Assembly (NCBI GenBank): GCA_951406725.2
Contig: OX597814.1
Coordinates: 153,264,001-153,328,000 of the forward strand
Direction of reading: 5' to 3'
Source: Octopus vulgaris
Lineage: Eukaryota
DNA length: 64,000 bases
The number at the start of each line of letters is the position of its first letter. Position 1 is the stretch's first letter. The translations under genes and the position numbers were made by a program. This document shows positions 1 through 12,889 of the stretch, one piece after another. The notes beneath the pieces were generated by a model. It was not told the DNA's origin and made no database searches. It worked only from the letters and a program-made list of their open reading frames with translations.

Positions 1-223
1 GTATTTGGTTTAGTTTAGCCCTTTCAGTAGCAAGCCACCATGGACTGCTTCCGATTTTAGGATACAAAAGTATTCATTTTAAAGTGTTTGTATTTAAATT
101 GAAACTTTATATCATAAATTTATTCAAGAATTTTTCTAGTTATGTTGCAATTACCAGCTTACTTTGTTTTACATGTTTTTCCATACTGGTTGATCAAATA
201 TGTAATTATGTATTGTTTTACAG

Positions 224-367
224 CCACACGCTCTTTGTGTCACTAATTCTTGCTTGCTTTACAAATAATGCTTTTAAAAGCCCAAATCTCCTGAATGACT
301 TGTTTGTCAGCAATGTCAACGAACATGACCATTTTTTATCGACACTTTTTACATGAGGACTTAGGAT
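224..367 (+). other. Candidate exon of the unidentified plus-strand gene
   Basis: Acceptors tattgttttacag|224 or tgtttgtcag|311 and donor GAT|gtaaat at 367/368; non-repetitive island; product not recognised. Confidence 0.25.
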
Positions 368-894
368 GTAAATGTACATATCATCATCATTGTCATATGA
401 CGTCCGTTTTCCTTGTTGGTGTAGGTTGGATGGTTTGACAGGACCTGGAACTGCACCAAGCTCCATTGTCTGTTGTGGCACCAGCACCAACAGGGTTACT
501 AAGTACCTTGCAAGATAAAAACCCTTTGACTGGGATGAGTAGTATTGAGTGGGTGTGGCATTGTGTCATTTGAGAGATTAAATGTATACAGGGAAGGAAA
601 TAGGTATCTTCCTGTAAAGTAGATACATAAATACCCTAGTTGGAAAAGAAAGGAGAGCGAGTTAGCAAGTTGTGTGTATGAAAAACAAACACTGTTGACG
701 CTTCAGTAATTTATGTAGTAGAAGTAACAGTTGAAAATGTATCAAATATTATATATATTTTGGTTTTTCTAATACACACTCTGTCATACATAAATATATA
801 TGTGTATATTATATATAATGCACAGGTAATGCTGAAAATGTGACTCCATCAACAGCCAGTGAGGCAAGCTAGAGGTAGAAAGCTTCCAATATCT

Positions 895-1928
895 AGGTGA
901 CCAAGTTAGTAGCTGAGGTGGATGCTCCAACCTCAGCTGGCAACAAAGGGCCTATCTCTCAGTGAAAGGCAAATTGTATGATGCCTGTGTGTGAACAGCT
1001 GTGCTACATGGCAGTGAAACATGGGCATTGACAGCTGAGGACTTGCATAGGCTTGAAAGAAATGAAGCCAGTATGCTTTGCTGGATGTGCAATGTCATTG
1101 TGCATGTTTGACTGAGTGTAAGCATCTTGAGAGAAAATTTAGGCATCAGATGTGGTGTGCAAGACAGTTGACTGCACTGGTATGGTCATGTGATACATAT
1201 GGACCAAGACAGCTGTGTAAATAAGTGCTGGTCTCTAACTGTGGAGGTTATCCTGTGCTAGCGATAAAGCCAGGAAGACATACAAGGTGGTGAAGCACGA
1301 TCTCTGAACTTTGAGCCTTACAGAGTCAATGACTAGCAACCGATATGCTGTGCTTGAAAAGACCTGTCAAACCAAGGCACCTGCACCAGTGGTGTGTAAA
1401 GAGCACCTGTCGAGCATTGGGCCTCATGGAGGCAAAGTGGCTGAGTTCCTTTTGAGTGTTGGGCCTCATGGAGGCTAGTTCCTTTCTAGCATTGGGCCTT
1501 ATGGAGGCGAATTCCTCTCTAGCATTGGGCCTCACAGAGGAAAGTTCCTTTTGAGCATTGGGCCTCATGGAATTGAGTTCCTTTCAAGTGTAGGGCCTCA
1601 GGTGAGTTCCTTTCAAGCATTGGGCCTTATGAGGGCAAAGTGGCTGAGTTCCTTTCCAGCGTTGGGCCTCACAGGGGCAATGATCAAGACCTTTGACATT
1701 GTCATGCCTGAAAAGAAGACCCATCAAGCCGAGCAAAATTGCAGTCGTGGCAGATACTGGTGTCATGCAAATGGCACCTGTGCTGGTGGCATGTAAAAGC
1801 ACCCATTGCACTCTTGGAATGGTTAGCGTTAGGAAGGGCATCCAGCTGTAGAAACCATGCCAAATCAGACTGGAGTCTGGTGCAGCCCTGGTCAAATTGT
1901 CCTCCATGCCAGGGTGTTAAATGATGAT
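895..1928 (+). mobile_element. RTE-clade LINE 3' fragment (degenerate ORF end, minisatellite, 3' UTR, (GAT)n tail)
   Basis: Translates KGKLYDACV*TAVLHGSETWALTAEDLHRLERNEASMLCWMC...LHWYGHV, typical of the RTE C-terminal region; 3' UTR motif TTAGGAAGGGCATCCAGCTGTAGAAA is shared with other copies in the window; ends AAATGATGAT. Confidence 0.88.
1412..1682 (+). repeat. Minisatellite, about 8 units, main period 33 bp (range 29-42)
   Basis: Recurring AGCATTGGGCCTCATGGAGG..AGTTCCTTT at about 1412, 1454, 1487, 1520, 1553, 1586, 1616 and 1657. Confidence 0.9.
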
Positions 1929-2658
1929 AATATATATACATACACAAAAGTGACAAACCACTTGACTGGCATATATGAACTATTGCACTCCTTTTGTATT
2001 AAGTACTCCAAATTGTTACTTAACAATGGGCATGTGTGTGTGCTGTCTGACAGGCTCGAATGGTGCATTAACTGGTCTGTGTGCCTGGAAGAATCATAGA
2101 TAAACTAATGACCAGAAGAACCAGGTAAAGTGAATGCAACTGTTCTTTATTGAAACCATTATAAAAATACTTGGCAGGTCTTAAATATTGAGAAGTAATT
2201 GGTTTGATAATTCATGGCTTGGTTCTGTGTGATAGACAGCATCAGATCTCTCTCTCTCTGCTCTGTAGCATGAGGGACTGTTCCTTATATAATGGTTGGT
2301 AGGCAAGAAGAGAATTTTTCCGTGTTGGGATAAAAACTGTTGCTCAAACACCGACTGGCTAGTTAAAACCATCCAATCTTTGTAACAGATTTAGTCCAAC
2401 CCTAATTGTGTGATCAAATGTTGACAATGCTGAAATACGCCCTTTAGATATAGTTTAAAGCTAAATAGCCTAATACACAATATGCTTGCTACAAATCTGT
2501 ATGACTTGGAAAGGATCTTTATCCTATCCTAGTAATATGTGTGGTCACATAAGGTTTCACTACTGTTAATTTTATGTATTTTGTCTTTAAGCAAACATAC
2601 AGGTATTAGATATATTTTATTTTCGGTTGTTATTTATCCACTTTCTTTTTACTTTCAG

Positions 2659-5600
2659 ATATATGATGAAAAATAAGAATCATCTTCGATTCTAGAACTG
2701 AAGGAAACCAGAAAATGCTGGAAATGATTCATTTGTTAAAGATAACATCTTATTCACTAAACTGGAATTTGCTGAACTCTTTCATAATCTCATTCAACAT
2801 TTTCAAACTTAAAAAAAGTATTCACCAGTCATTTTTGGGATAGAACATGGCATGAAGGAGATTTTTTATTTTATTTTTAAATCTTTTCTCATCCTAATTT
2901 CCAATTTGCCTCTTGCATTGAAAGAAAAATTATATCTGGCATAATCTCCATCTTCTCTCTTGCATTGAAAGAATTTCATTGGACTCACAAGAACTAAATT
3001 ATATGTAGTTACCATTTTATGAATTTCCATTGTAGGCAACCATCAAATTAAGGAAAAAAAAAGTTTTCTAATTTGGTAGACTTCTCCAACGATCTCACAC
3101 GTAATTCTGGAAAATATTTGAAAGCCTGTGAAAACACTACCTGAATTAATTCAAAGTCTAGCATTCCAGATTAATTTTGAAAGTGTTGTACTGAACAGTG
3201 GTTATTTTGAGAGTTTGTATTCTGAATTTTAATAAGTGGAATTAAAACTTATACAGTTTCAACCATGCTTTGTCTTCTCCTGCCAAGAAAAAAAAAAAGC
3301 AAGCTAATCATCTACCACTTAAATGTTTTAAATTTTGTGAGGCTCCAAATATTTTAGTTTAAAAAAAAAATTTCCATAAGAATAACATTTTTCTTCATAA
3401 AGAATCTCTTGGAATAATCCTTCCTTAATTTTCAGTTGAATTATTCAGGAATTATATTTAGAAAGGGAAAAAGGAAGGAGGAAATCTACTTTGAAATCCC
3501 AAACCTTGTGCCTTGGTCCCTTAGTCTGGATCTTTATTTGCAGTCTTTCTGCTCTCATATTTCAAATTCCTGAAGTCTTTAAGACCTCAGACATGTGATT
3601 CTCTCTCCCCCCACCTTTCCATTTTATTACTATCACTCATATTGAGTGCTTCTTATTGGGAAATGTGGTTCTAACCCCTCCTCAAACCATTTATATTTTT
3701 ACATCTTATTAGTGTTGCTACTACAATGGACAAATTCATTTTAAATAAATTTCAACATGAGAAGACTTAGTGTAGCTGATCATCTCCTTATTTTCAGTCA
3801 TACCAACTTCCAAGGAATACAAGAAATTTTTCTATTAATGCCTGTTTATATTTGGCTGCTCTTTTTTTTTTTTAAACTTTTTGTTTTATGATGACTCTAA
3901 AGACATGTATATATACTGTTCCTTGAAATGTTTGGTTAAGAGTGAAAGATTCCTTTAAAGCAAAAAGGAAGTATAGTCATTTGCAACAATCCCTTATTTT
4001 CCATGTAATCAGATTAAAAAAAAAAATGAAACAAATAAATTTATAATCCTTCTATATGGTTTGTTTTTTCATTTTAAACTCCAGTTTTGTTAATATAACT
4101 GATTCTCTTTTTTATAAAATGTCCAGAGTTTTCAAAAGGAAGATTCTATGTAAGTTTATTTTCTGATTTCTAAATCAGTATCACATTATATTTCTCTGGT
4201 TAAACAACCTGAAGTTCAACTGATAAAAGGTTTGTTGAATATTCAACAATAATCAATTATTTATGAAGTAACCATGTAACTCTGTGCAACCACAATCTAG
4301 ATGAGAACCATACAATGAAAAATCCTTTGGAAGTAGGCGGTAGTATTTATAATTTTGAAATAAGTATTTTCTTGTATAATTAAGACAATATCACCATTTA
4401 ACTTCAGAGCATTGAGCAACGGACATTAGTCTGTTGCTCAATGCCCCTGAAGTTAAATAACGAGTATAAAAAATAAACTATCAATGTCAGTTAGGAAGCT
4501 AGCTAATGTAGCATTTTTTTCTCCCAAGGCAGAAAGCTGTGATTTGAGAGAGAATCAGTTGCTATTTCTCATCAGTCAAGTAACTTATAAGAAGCTCCTT
4601 CCTTAGTTCTAAGTATTTAAGCAAAAGGCAATTTTTGTAGGGTAGGCTTATACAGTTACTTTATATTATAGTTTTGATATACAACAATCCCTTGCCATAT
4701 CGAGGTTTATCTAAACTTACATCAATTCCCCTGTGGTGTTGTTCTGCATTTATGATATAAAATATATACAAATTATAAAAAAAATATACAGTACAGTTTC
4801 TACTTTGTGAATTTTCAACTATCACGGGGTTTTGGAATGTAACATCCACAACAGTTGAGGGATTACTTTAATAGCTAATTTATATTTATGGTTATTTTAT
4901 TGATACTGAAGGGTGAAAAGGATTTGAATTGTAAACCTAAATTGATGAAGTTAAATATTGTGTTCATTTAATTCACTGATGCGTTAAAGATAACAATTAC
5001 TATCATCTTAAATTACCAAGTCTATTTAATAGTTCTATACTGTAGAAATTATCTTCTTCTGAAACAAAAGCTATAACTCCTGTAAAATGTACAGCAATGT
5101 AGTTCCTAGTGTAATCCAAACTTGGAGAAATACTGCAATGATTTCAGTTCAGACAACTGATAGTTGATTATATATTTAAGCTAAGTTTACTGATTAGAAT
5201 GTGTAATAAAGCAAAAGTGTGTGTGTGTATATATATATATATATGTATGTATATATATATATGCACAGTTTATCACCAGTGTTTGAAAAAAAAAATGTAA
5301 AAATAACAAAACAAATGGTTTCATATAAAACAGCTTTATCTCAAAAGAAAATGATGAATTATGGCACATGTAATAACTAGTGACCAATAAATTACCTTTT
5401 GTTAAACATAAATTAAGTGTTTTAATGTGATACCACAAGATGGATTAGTGTGATAAATACTGCGATGTAGAGATGTGTAACCATACCAGCAGGGAGAGAG
5501 TGAGTGAGTTTAACTGGCAAGTAGGTGACCTGTTTGAAGCTGAGGACGACATACCCATATTGATGGAGGTCTTGTTTCATTGAGACTTCAATGTAAACAG

Positions 5601-6420
5601 ACCAATGGAAATGTATAGTTTTTGTTTTTTTTTTAAAAAAGGGTGATGGGTGAGGAATTATGGATCAGGAAACTTACACTAGTAATATCCAGGACTGTTT
5701 CAGGCAGGAAATGATAAATAATGGCAGACTGTCACAACACACACACACTTTTATTTTCACACACACACCTTTTGCATCAAATAGACAAACAGAAATATTT
5801 GTATTGTGTATGTTTTAATACAATATACCAACTTTGTAAAGTTGATGGGGTTATGGTGGTAGTCAGTGGCACACATGGAAAGGAAGAGAAAACAGTGTCT
5901 CAATAACTTAGTTGTAGAATTTTCTTTTTAAATAAGACAATATGTATATATATTTCCAGAATAAATGACTGGTTTTTTTGGAAAAAAAAAAAAAAATCGA
6001 AATGAATTTATGACAAAAAAACAAAACAAAATGAAATGTAAAATAAATAAATGCTATCCAAATGGAAAGTATTTGGTTCTTTTAATTATGAAGAATAAAA
6101 GATGTTTTGTTTTAAAAAAAGAAAAGGTATGGGAGAAATCAAGAGTATTGTACGAATGAGAGACTGTTCTCCTCCATCAATAAGTGTAGCCTCAAATGGA
6201 ATTGCACTGATCCAAGCTGTCTGTATTAATGACAACTGTAGGGTTGGTTTACTTTGAAAAGGATAGCTTAAAGCTGAAGTGATGATACTTAAAGTGTTTG
6301 AAGATTTTAGCTAAAGTTCAGTTTGTAGACTTTGCGACAAAAAAAAAAAAAATTTAATTATACATCTACTTGTACTCATATTAATAAAGCAGAACCTCTT
6401 TTTATTTGAATAAATGTAAA
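2659..6420 (+). other. Putative terminal exon / long 3' UTR of an unidentified plus-strand gene
   Basis: Strong acceptor ctttctttttactttcag|ATATATGA at 2658/2659; all three frames stop within 40 nt; SINE-poor T-rich sequence follows; AATAAA cluster at about 5960-6415. Confidence 0.4.
4682..4868. mobile_element. Degenerate Tigger/pogo-type MITE
   Basis: TA-flanked ends CAACAATCCCTTGCCATATCGAGG ... CCACAACAGTTGAGGGATTACTT resemble decayed CAGTAATCCCTC terminal repeats. Confidence 0.5.
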
Positions 6421-7109
6421 TGAAAGAATTTTGAATTCAATTTTTAAGAAATCCAAGAGAGAAAAAGGACTAAAATAAAAGACTGTTTGAAAAAAATCAT
6501 TTCTAAAGGAATTCTTTAAGTGAACCACAGCTGCCAAAAGCCACTGACTGTTGGTTAGATATGTATGTGTGTGTATGATGTTTAATCATTTTTTTTTAAT
6601 GAGTTTATACTGAGTATTGGTGGAGACATTAAACTTCTATAGGTACAGTTTTTTTAAGGGAGGGGAAAATGGCATTAATGCCTTTCTAATGGGTATCATT
6701 AATGCTAAGTCCAGGAGTTGAAATCAAGCTGTTTGCTTAATTTTTGAAAGTTTCCTTGAAATATAAATTACAAACAAAAATGTTTTTTAAGAAATACATA
6801 ACAAAAGATACTATAAAAACTGACTAAAAAAATTTAATGAAAAATGGAAAAAAAAAAAAAGACGACTAGTATGGGCTCCCAGCATACGATGACACCAACA
6901 CCAGCATCTGAATCAGATGAAGACTAGCATAAAGCAGGCCTTGGCAAGAATTTGGATTGAAGTTCTACATTTGTGCCAAAATTTTATAGTATGAATGACC
7001 CAGTCTTTCACATATCTACAGATCTATAATGCAGGATTTTGACCCAACAACTCATATATATTTATATATATATATTATATATATATATATAATGTACATA
7101 CATAAACAC

Positions 7110-10100
7110 TATATGCAACTTTTATTGGTCAGTTTCCATCAATAGGGTATCAATATTCAATCAAGTTGATAATAACTGAGGATTAGCCTAATTAGGTTAA
7201 AACAAAAACTAATCAAAACACTTAAAACAGTTTCTGTGTAAAATATATATGGTTGGCTAATTATGTTTTTATTCATATCAATAGACTAATAAAAAACAAA
7301 ATTTGCATGATGCAAAATCTAAAAGGCAACAGCAATGTACAGAGATAGTTAATTAGAGCATTTAGTAAAGCCAGTTTAAAAAAAATATAATATATATATA
7401 ACACTTTCAAAGTGTTATTTGCTTAACCCCTTTAAATCTAACCTTCCTGTATTAAAGTGTTAATATTTAGGTTAGAATCTATCAAAATCTCGTTGCATTA
7501 TGAATGATATTGTGAGATTTCAGTCAACAATACAGTATATACAAATATGTAGTTACAGATAGTTTAGTAAACATCTTCCGAAGTTTTGACTACATTGAAA
7601 ATTAACTGAAACACGTAAGCTATCTATTCAAAAATATAGTCACAAAAAGGGGTTAAGAGACAGAAACCACTGTTGTTGATGTGAGATGTGACACATGATA
7701 AACAGATTGAAAATCTATTGCCAATATCTTTTATATTTTATTTACTATTTTTAGAGCTATGATTATAGATTTATTTCGTTCTGTCTGTTTTTTAATACAG
7801 ATACTTATTAATATGAAAAGAAATATTAATGAAATAAGAATAGAAAGAAAAGCTGTAAATATTTATTTTGATGATAAATCCACTACAGAAAGTTGGTTAG
7901 TGAACACACCTAAGGTTAAGAAAACAATCTTGCTATGGTCAACCCAAGTTTAGATATTAGTAGATTCCAATATTCTCTTGAGGCACGAAACCAATCATGA
8001 AATAAAATGATTATCATGAAATTCAGATGTGTGTTATGTAATGCAGTTGGGTTAAGTAATTAAAATAATTGAGTTAGTAGTAGTCATTGGAACTACTAGA
8101 TTAGGCTTCGTGGTAGCAGTAGTGGTGAGTATGATAGTAATAATAATGTTGCAGTTGAGGGTAGCAGCAGCAGCAGTAGCTAAGTTGTGGGAAAAGCTTA
8201 TTGCCTGAAAGTTAACTGATCAATACTTAATGCTGTTTATTAATTAATATAAGTGTGAGTGAGAAATATTTCATTTAGGAAGGATGGATTTCGTACAATA
8301 AGTTGAAAGCAAACCGCAAGATTCTTTCATAATCAAAGTTTCTTGAAGATAGCAACTATAAGGGCAGAAAGGTGGTGGTGGTCAGATGTAAGTCATGCAA
8401 ACAGTCGGTGGCAAGAGATTCATCAGTATTAATAACGACTTTGACAATTATGTACATTCACTAAATTTAGATAATTAACAGAAGTTAAAAAAAAAAGGTT
8501 ATTAGATTAAAGTTTTAATATATTTATGTATATATATATATGAATATAATATGTTAATAACCTAAATCAATCATAAAAAAGAGGTTGGGTGAATTAATAT
8601 GAGACAAGCTGAGGGTAAAAAGAAAAAAAATTAAACAAAATTATTAGTTTAAGTTATGAAAGGCAAATAACTACAAAAGAATTGTTATTTTTTAACAATT
8701 CTAAAGTAGCTATTAGTTTTTTAGTCTTTGGTATTAAAAGCCAGTGCAAACTGTACTGTAAGGTCAGAACATGTACTAGGAATGTTGTAATAAATGTTAA
8801 TAAAGCTGAAATTAGAAAATTTTGCTGGGCTGGATTGGAGGAAGAGTTATGAACCTGAAGAGGCGGGAAATGCGAGAATATGAAAACTTTTCCAGGAAAA
8901 GTTCTCAGGTCTGTTTATTTGACTTTTGACAAGAGCCATGACATTGAGTGGGCAGGAGAAAATATAATAAAAAGTCATTCAACTGCTTTTCCATTTTTAT
9001 TTTTTTCCCAAATTATTTTTTTGTTTTTGTTTTTAAAAGAATTTTGAAATTGAATTATTTCAAAGAAAGGATATCTATATATTTTTGAAAAATCTTCTAT
9101 TTGACATTGGAAAGACAAAGAAAAATAAACAAATAAAATAAAAAGGGAGAGAGAGGAAGACATAAATTGGTTATCAAAGATAATTGTTTGAAAAAAAAAC
9201 CAAATAGTGAGGGAGAAAAAATCCTAAAAGGGAAAGTCAGAAAAGAAAAAAAAAAAAATTGGCAGGATTAACAGTCTGACAGACTTGTGTGTGATTAGGC
9301 CTCAAATAGATCTCTCCAGAAGAAGTAATACTAAAAACTAGAGTAAAAAAGATATTGAAGAAAATATTTTTCCCTGAGTGGATTATTCAGTGAATTACTA
9401 TTTGACTTATAATTTAATAATAATGGCAACCAAATGGAAGATAATTACTTTAATAACAAAACATATCGTACCAAGTACTTTAAGAAAAATGTAAACTTGA
9501 TTGGAGGACAGAAACTGCTTGGCCGTGGAGCCTGCATTTTCAAAAGAAAATTAGAACTGAAATAAGAATTAAATATTTGTCTCTTTCTCGCCAATACACA
9601 CTTTCTCACTTTATGTCTCACTCTCTCTCTCTCTCTTTCTTCCCCAAGTATGTTCACTCTCTGGTTTCTTCTCTCTCTCTCTGTCTCTCTCACACACATT
9701 GTAGGAATAAAGTAGTTGTAAGATGTTCTTTCATACATATCACTAAGACAAACAAACAAAAAAAAGGAGGGGGAACAAAAGATTTTTAAAAAAATAGAAA
9801 GTAGTCAAATAGAAGAGCTAGAAAAATATATAGATGTCTGGAATGTTTCTTTTGTTTTGGGTGCATGAAGAGGAAAATAATAATACCTGAATTTTGGGGA
9901 ACATCTTCCTCATTTTTACACCCAAAATTGTATGAGGTTGTGAAGCTCCTGTAGGAGCTGGCCCAAGGAAGTGATTGAGATAACATCAAAAGATCAGCCT
10001 TGGAATTTATATGAAAAGTGAGGAAGTTCTTTGGAGGGAGGACAGAACAATTAAAAGAACATAAAAAAAAAACACCCTACCCCATTTTCTAAAGAATTGA

Positions 10101-10278
10101 AAATTTTAAACAGTTATTTAGATTGGATTTTTACGTAAGTGAATCATCTTTCTAAGTTTATGTATGTTTTTAGTTGTAATCATAGTAAATGTATTAGTAT
10201 ATTCATTAAATCCAGTCTTCACTTTTATCTGTTGATATCAGGATTGAAAGTTTGATAGTTTCTATTGTTTAGTTTCAA

Positions 10279-10325
<47 letters not shown>

Positions 10326-11483
10326 TATATATGTAGATATGTGCATATCATCATCGTTTGATGATGATGATGATATGCACATATATATATATATATGCAC
10401 ATATATATTATATACACCTGTATACATATATATAAATATATACGTACAAATGCATGCCTACATACACAAACAAGATGCTTGTACAGAATTTTTAGTATAT
10501 ATCAAAGAGACATTATAGAAATATCCCCGCTTCCTCCTTCATTAAATTTTAACACAATTGCTGTCATTTTTTTAATGAAAACCTGGTAAATTTTTGAAAC
10601 TTTATATATATATATATAAAGAGAGAGAGAGGGAGAGAGAAGAGAGAGAGAAAAAGTGTATGTGGAGAAATTTAAATAGATATAGATAGACAAGATCAAA
10701 GAGTATTGCATGGTCAGTAAGGAAATAATCACCAAAGTATTTCCGAATAATCAGAATGTAAAACTGGAAAGTAACAAAACTGATAGCTGCCACCATTTTA
10801 AAAATAGATGGTGTACATATCACCTGATATTTTAGGTGACTCAACCGTTCTATTTCACATGTTCATGGAAGCAATTTAATCAATGGACACAGGCTGAAAC
10901 ACAACTACTAAGCAAAATGGAGACATTATGTTAATTATAGTAGTTATAACTATTAGTAACCATGCTGTAAACTGAATGCCTAATCTAATGTTAGCACTGG
11001 TTAGTCATAGCTTGAATCTCATGTTTAATTAGAAAAGATGTGGCTACTTTCTCAAAATAGTTGCTGTTCAACTAAACAGAAAACAACATTGTTAAAGATA
11101 ATTGGCTCACTTTTTCAAAATGAGTTTATAAATTTCGTCATAATTTATAAAGCTGGAATTGTCTTGCTGTTAAAAAGATTTCATGTGTGTTTTAGTGAAA
11201 ATGTATTTCGTGGGATACTTGTATTATATAAAAGCCAATGTGCATGACATAACATGCAAATGAGTAGGTGTATGACCTTATATGGACATGATTTATGCAG
11301 GTAAAACCATAGTTACAGTCACATAAATATATAGTAGTTTGTTGAGAGCTATTCGACTATTATCATCAAATTAAGTGACTGAAAAGTTATTCTGCTGACT
11401 ATAACAAATGCAGATTATGCTTAGTAAAACTTGGATTACATGCTCAAATCAAGTGAAATGAACACTATATATAGATGTGTGTG

Positions 11484-11519
<36 letters not shown>

Positions 11520-12747
11520 CCATAAGGAACAGAAAACAGCAACCATTTCAGTAGACAGTTAAGTATTCAAATGGGCATTATTTTCTAATTCCTAAATAGA
11601 ATTATAGAATTATGGTTTTGAATATCAGTCCAGAGAATAAATAAATAAATATATATAAATATGTATATATATATATTCTTTGGACTGATATTCAAAACCA
11701 TAATATATATATATATACACACACACACCCACATATATATGTGTGTATGTATAAAAATGTGTTTACAGTTTTAAGACATCAGCTGAGCAGTTAATTATGA
11801 AGTTTTTAAGATATCTTAACAAGAAAAATAGTTGGAATGTTACTGAAGATGCAAAATAAAGTGTAGTTTTATATGAAGGAACATTAAATAATTTCAAAAG
11901 CTATTCACTATTTTTTCCTTAATTCTTAGAGATAATTCAAATCAAGCAGCGGAAACTAAGAAGAATTAAAATTTTCAAGACAATGTTGAAATATATAGGT
12001 AATAAAGTTTTCATTAATGTCTCTCTCTCTCTCTATTCTTCCCTCTACTCTCTCAACTTCAGTTTTACAATCCTATGAGGAAAATAATACAGAAAAAGTA
12101 TCTTCTACCCATTTTAAAATCTGTGACATATTTCTTAACCATTGAGTTTATATATTTCTTTTTTGTAAAGTTTAAAAAGAAATACCTTTAATTTCAAAAG
12201 ATTTTAAAATTATGACAGTTGATTACACACATACATACATACATACATACATACACACACACATGTATACACATATCCATTTTATGTACAACATAGTGTA
12301 AATCAGAACTGAAATAATATTTTTAAAATTTCAGTATACATGTATATGTGTGTGTGTGTGTGTGTGTGCATATATACATACAAACACACAACCATGCACA
12401 CATGTATATTGTATATATGTAAAACAAATAAAAAAATCGGAAGTTGAGGTGAACGGCAGAATAAGAAGTAAAGAAACATGTTAGGTTAGTTATATGTTGT
12501 GAACTGAATGAAGTCAATGGTTAAGAATATTAGAGGAAGAAAGAAAAAAAAACCCCCTTTAATCTAGAAAGATTTCCCTCTTTTTATAATTTCCCATCCA
12601 CTATTCACTGATATAATGTAGATTACTAAGGATAGACCTTTCGATGTTTCCCCTCCCTCACATATGTGCACAACCCAGAGAGACTTAGGTCACACCTGCA
12701 GGACTATGGATTCTCAAGAACAAGATTTCACCAGATTTTCATGGTAA
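7110..12747 (-). other. ZMYND19: Putative long 3' UTR of ZMYND19 (distal end uncertain)
   Basis: Follows the stop; lacks the young SINE and RTE copies that fill the introns; minus-strand AATAAA candidates at about 7121-7126 and 7268-7273 among several. Extent is inference. Confidence 0.4.
7427..7652. mobile_element. Old piggyBac-type MITE (226 bp)
   Basis: TTAA|CCCCTTT ... AAAGGGG|TTAA; same size and end type as the copies at 27551 and 63277. Confidence 0.6.
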
Positions 12748-12850
12748 CTATCGTTCTGGAGGCCGCTCTAGACTGTAAAGTTTTCGTTTCTCTCGACAAT
12801 GTCGCTTGTGTACTGGCCAGTCATTTTGTTGGCAGTATGTGCCACAATAT
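12748..12850 (-). CDS. ZMYND19: ZMYND19 last coding exon, second half of the MYND finger and stop
   Basis: ttttcgtcttcag|A TAT TGT GGC...; YCGTYCQQNDWPVHKRHCREKRKLYSLERPPER then TAG at 12750-12748; MYND pattern YC...CQ..DW..HK..C. Confidence 0.96.
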
Positions 12851-12889
12851 CTGAAGACGAAAAATAGAAAAAAAGAAAGCAATAATAAC

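Noticed and set aside
8855-8890. CTGAAGA followed by a possible short stem (second hammerhead?)
   Set aside because: No correctly placed GAAA or stem I/III; other CTGATGA and TCATCAG hits I checked also failed.
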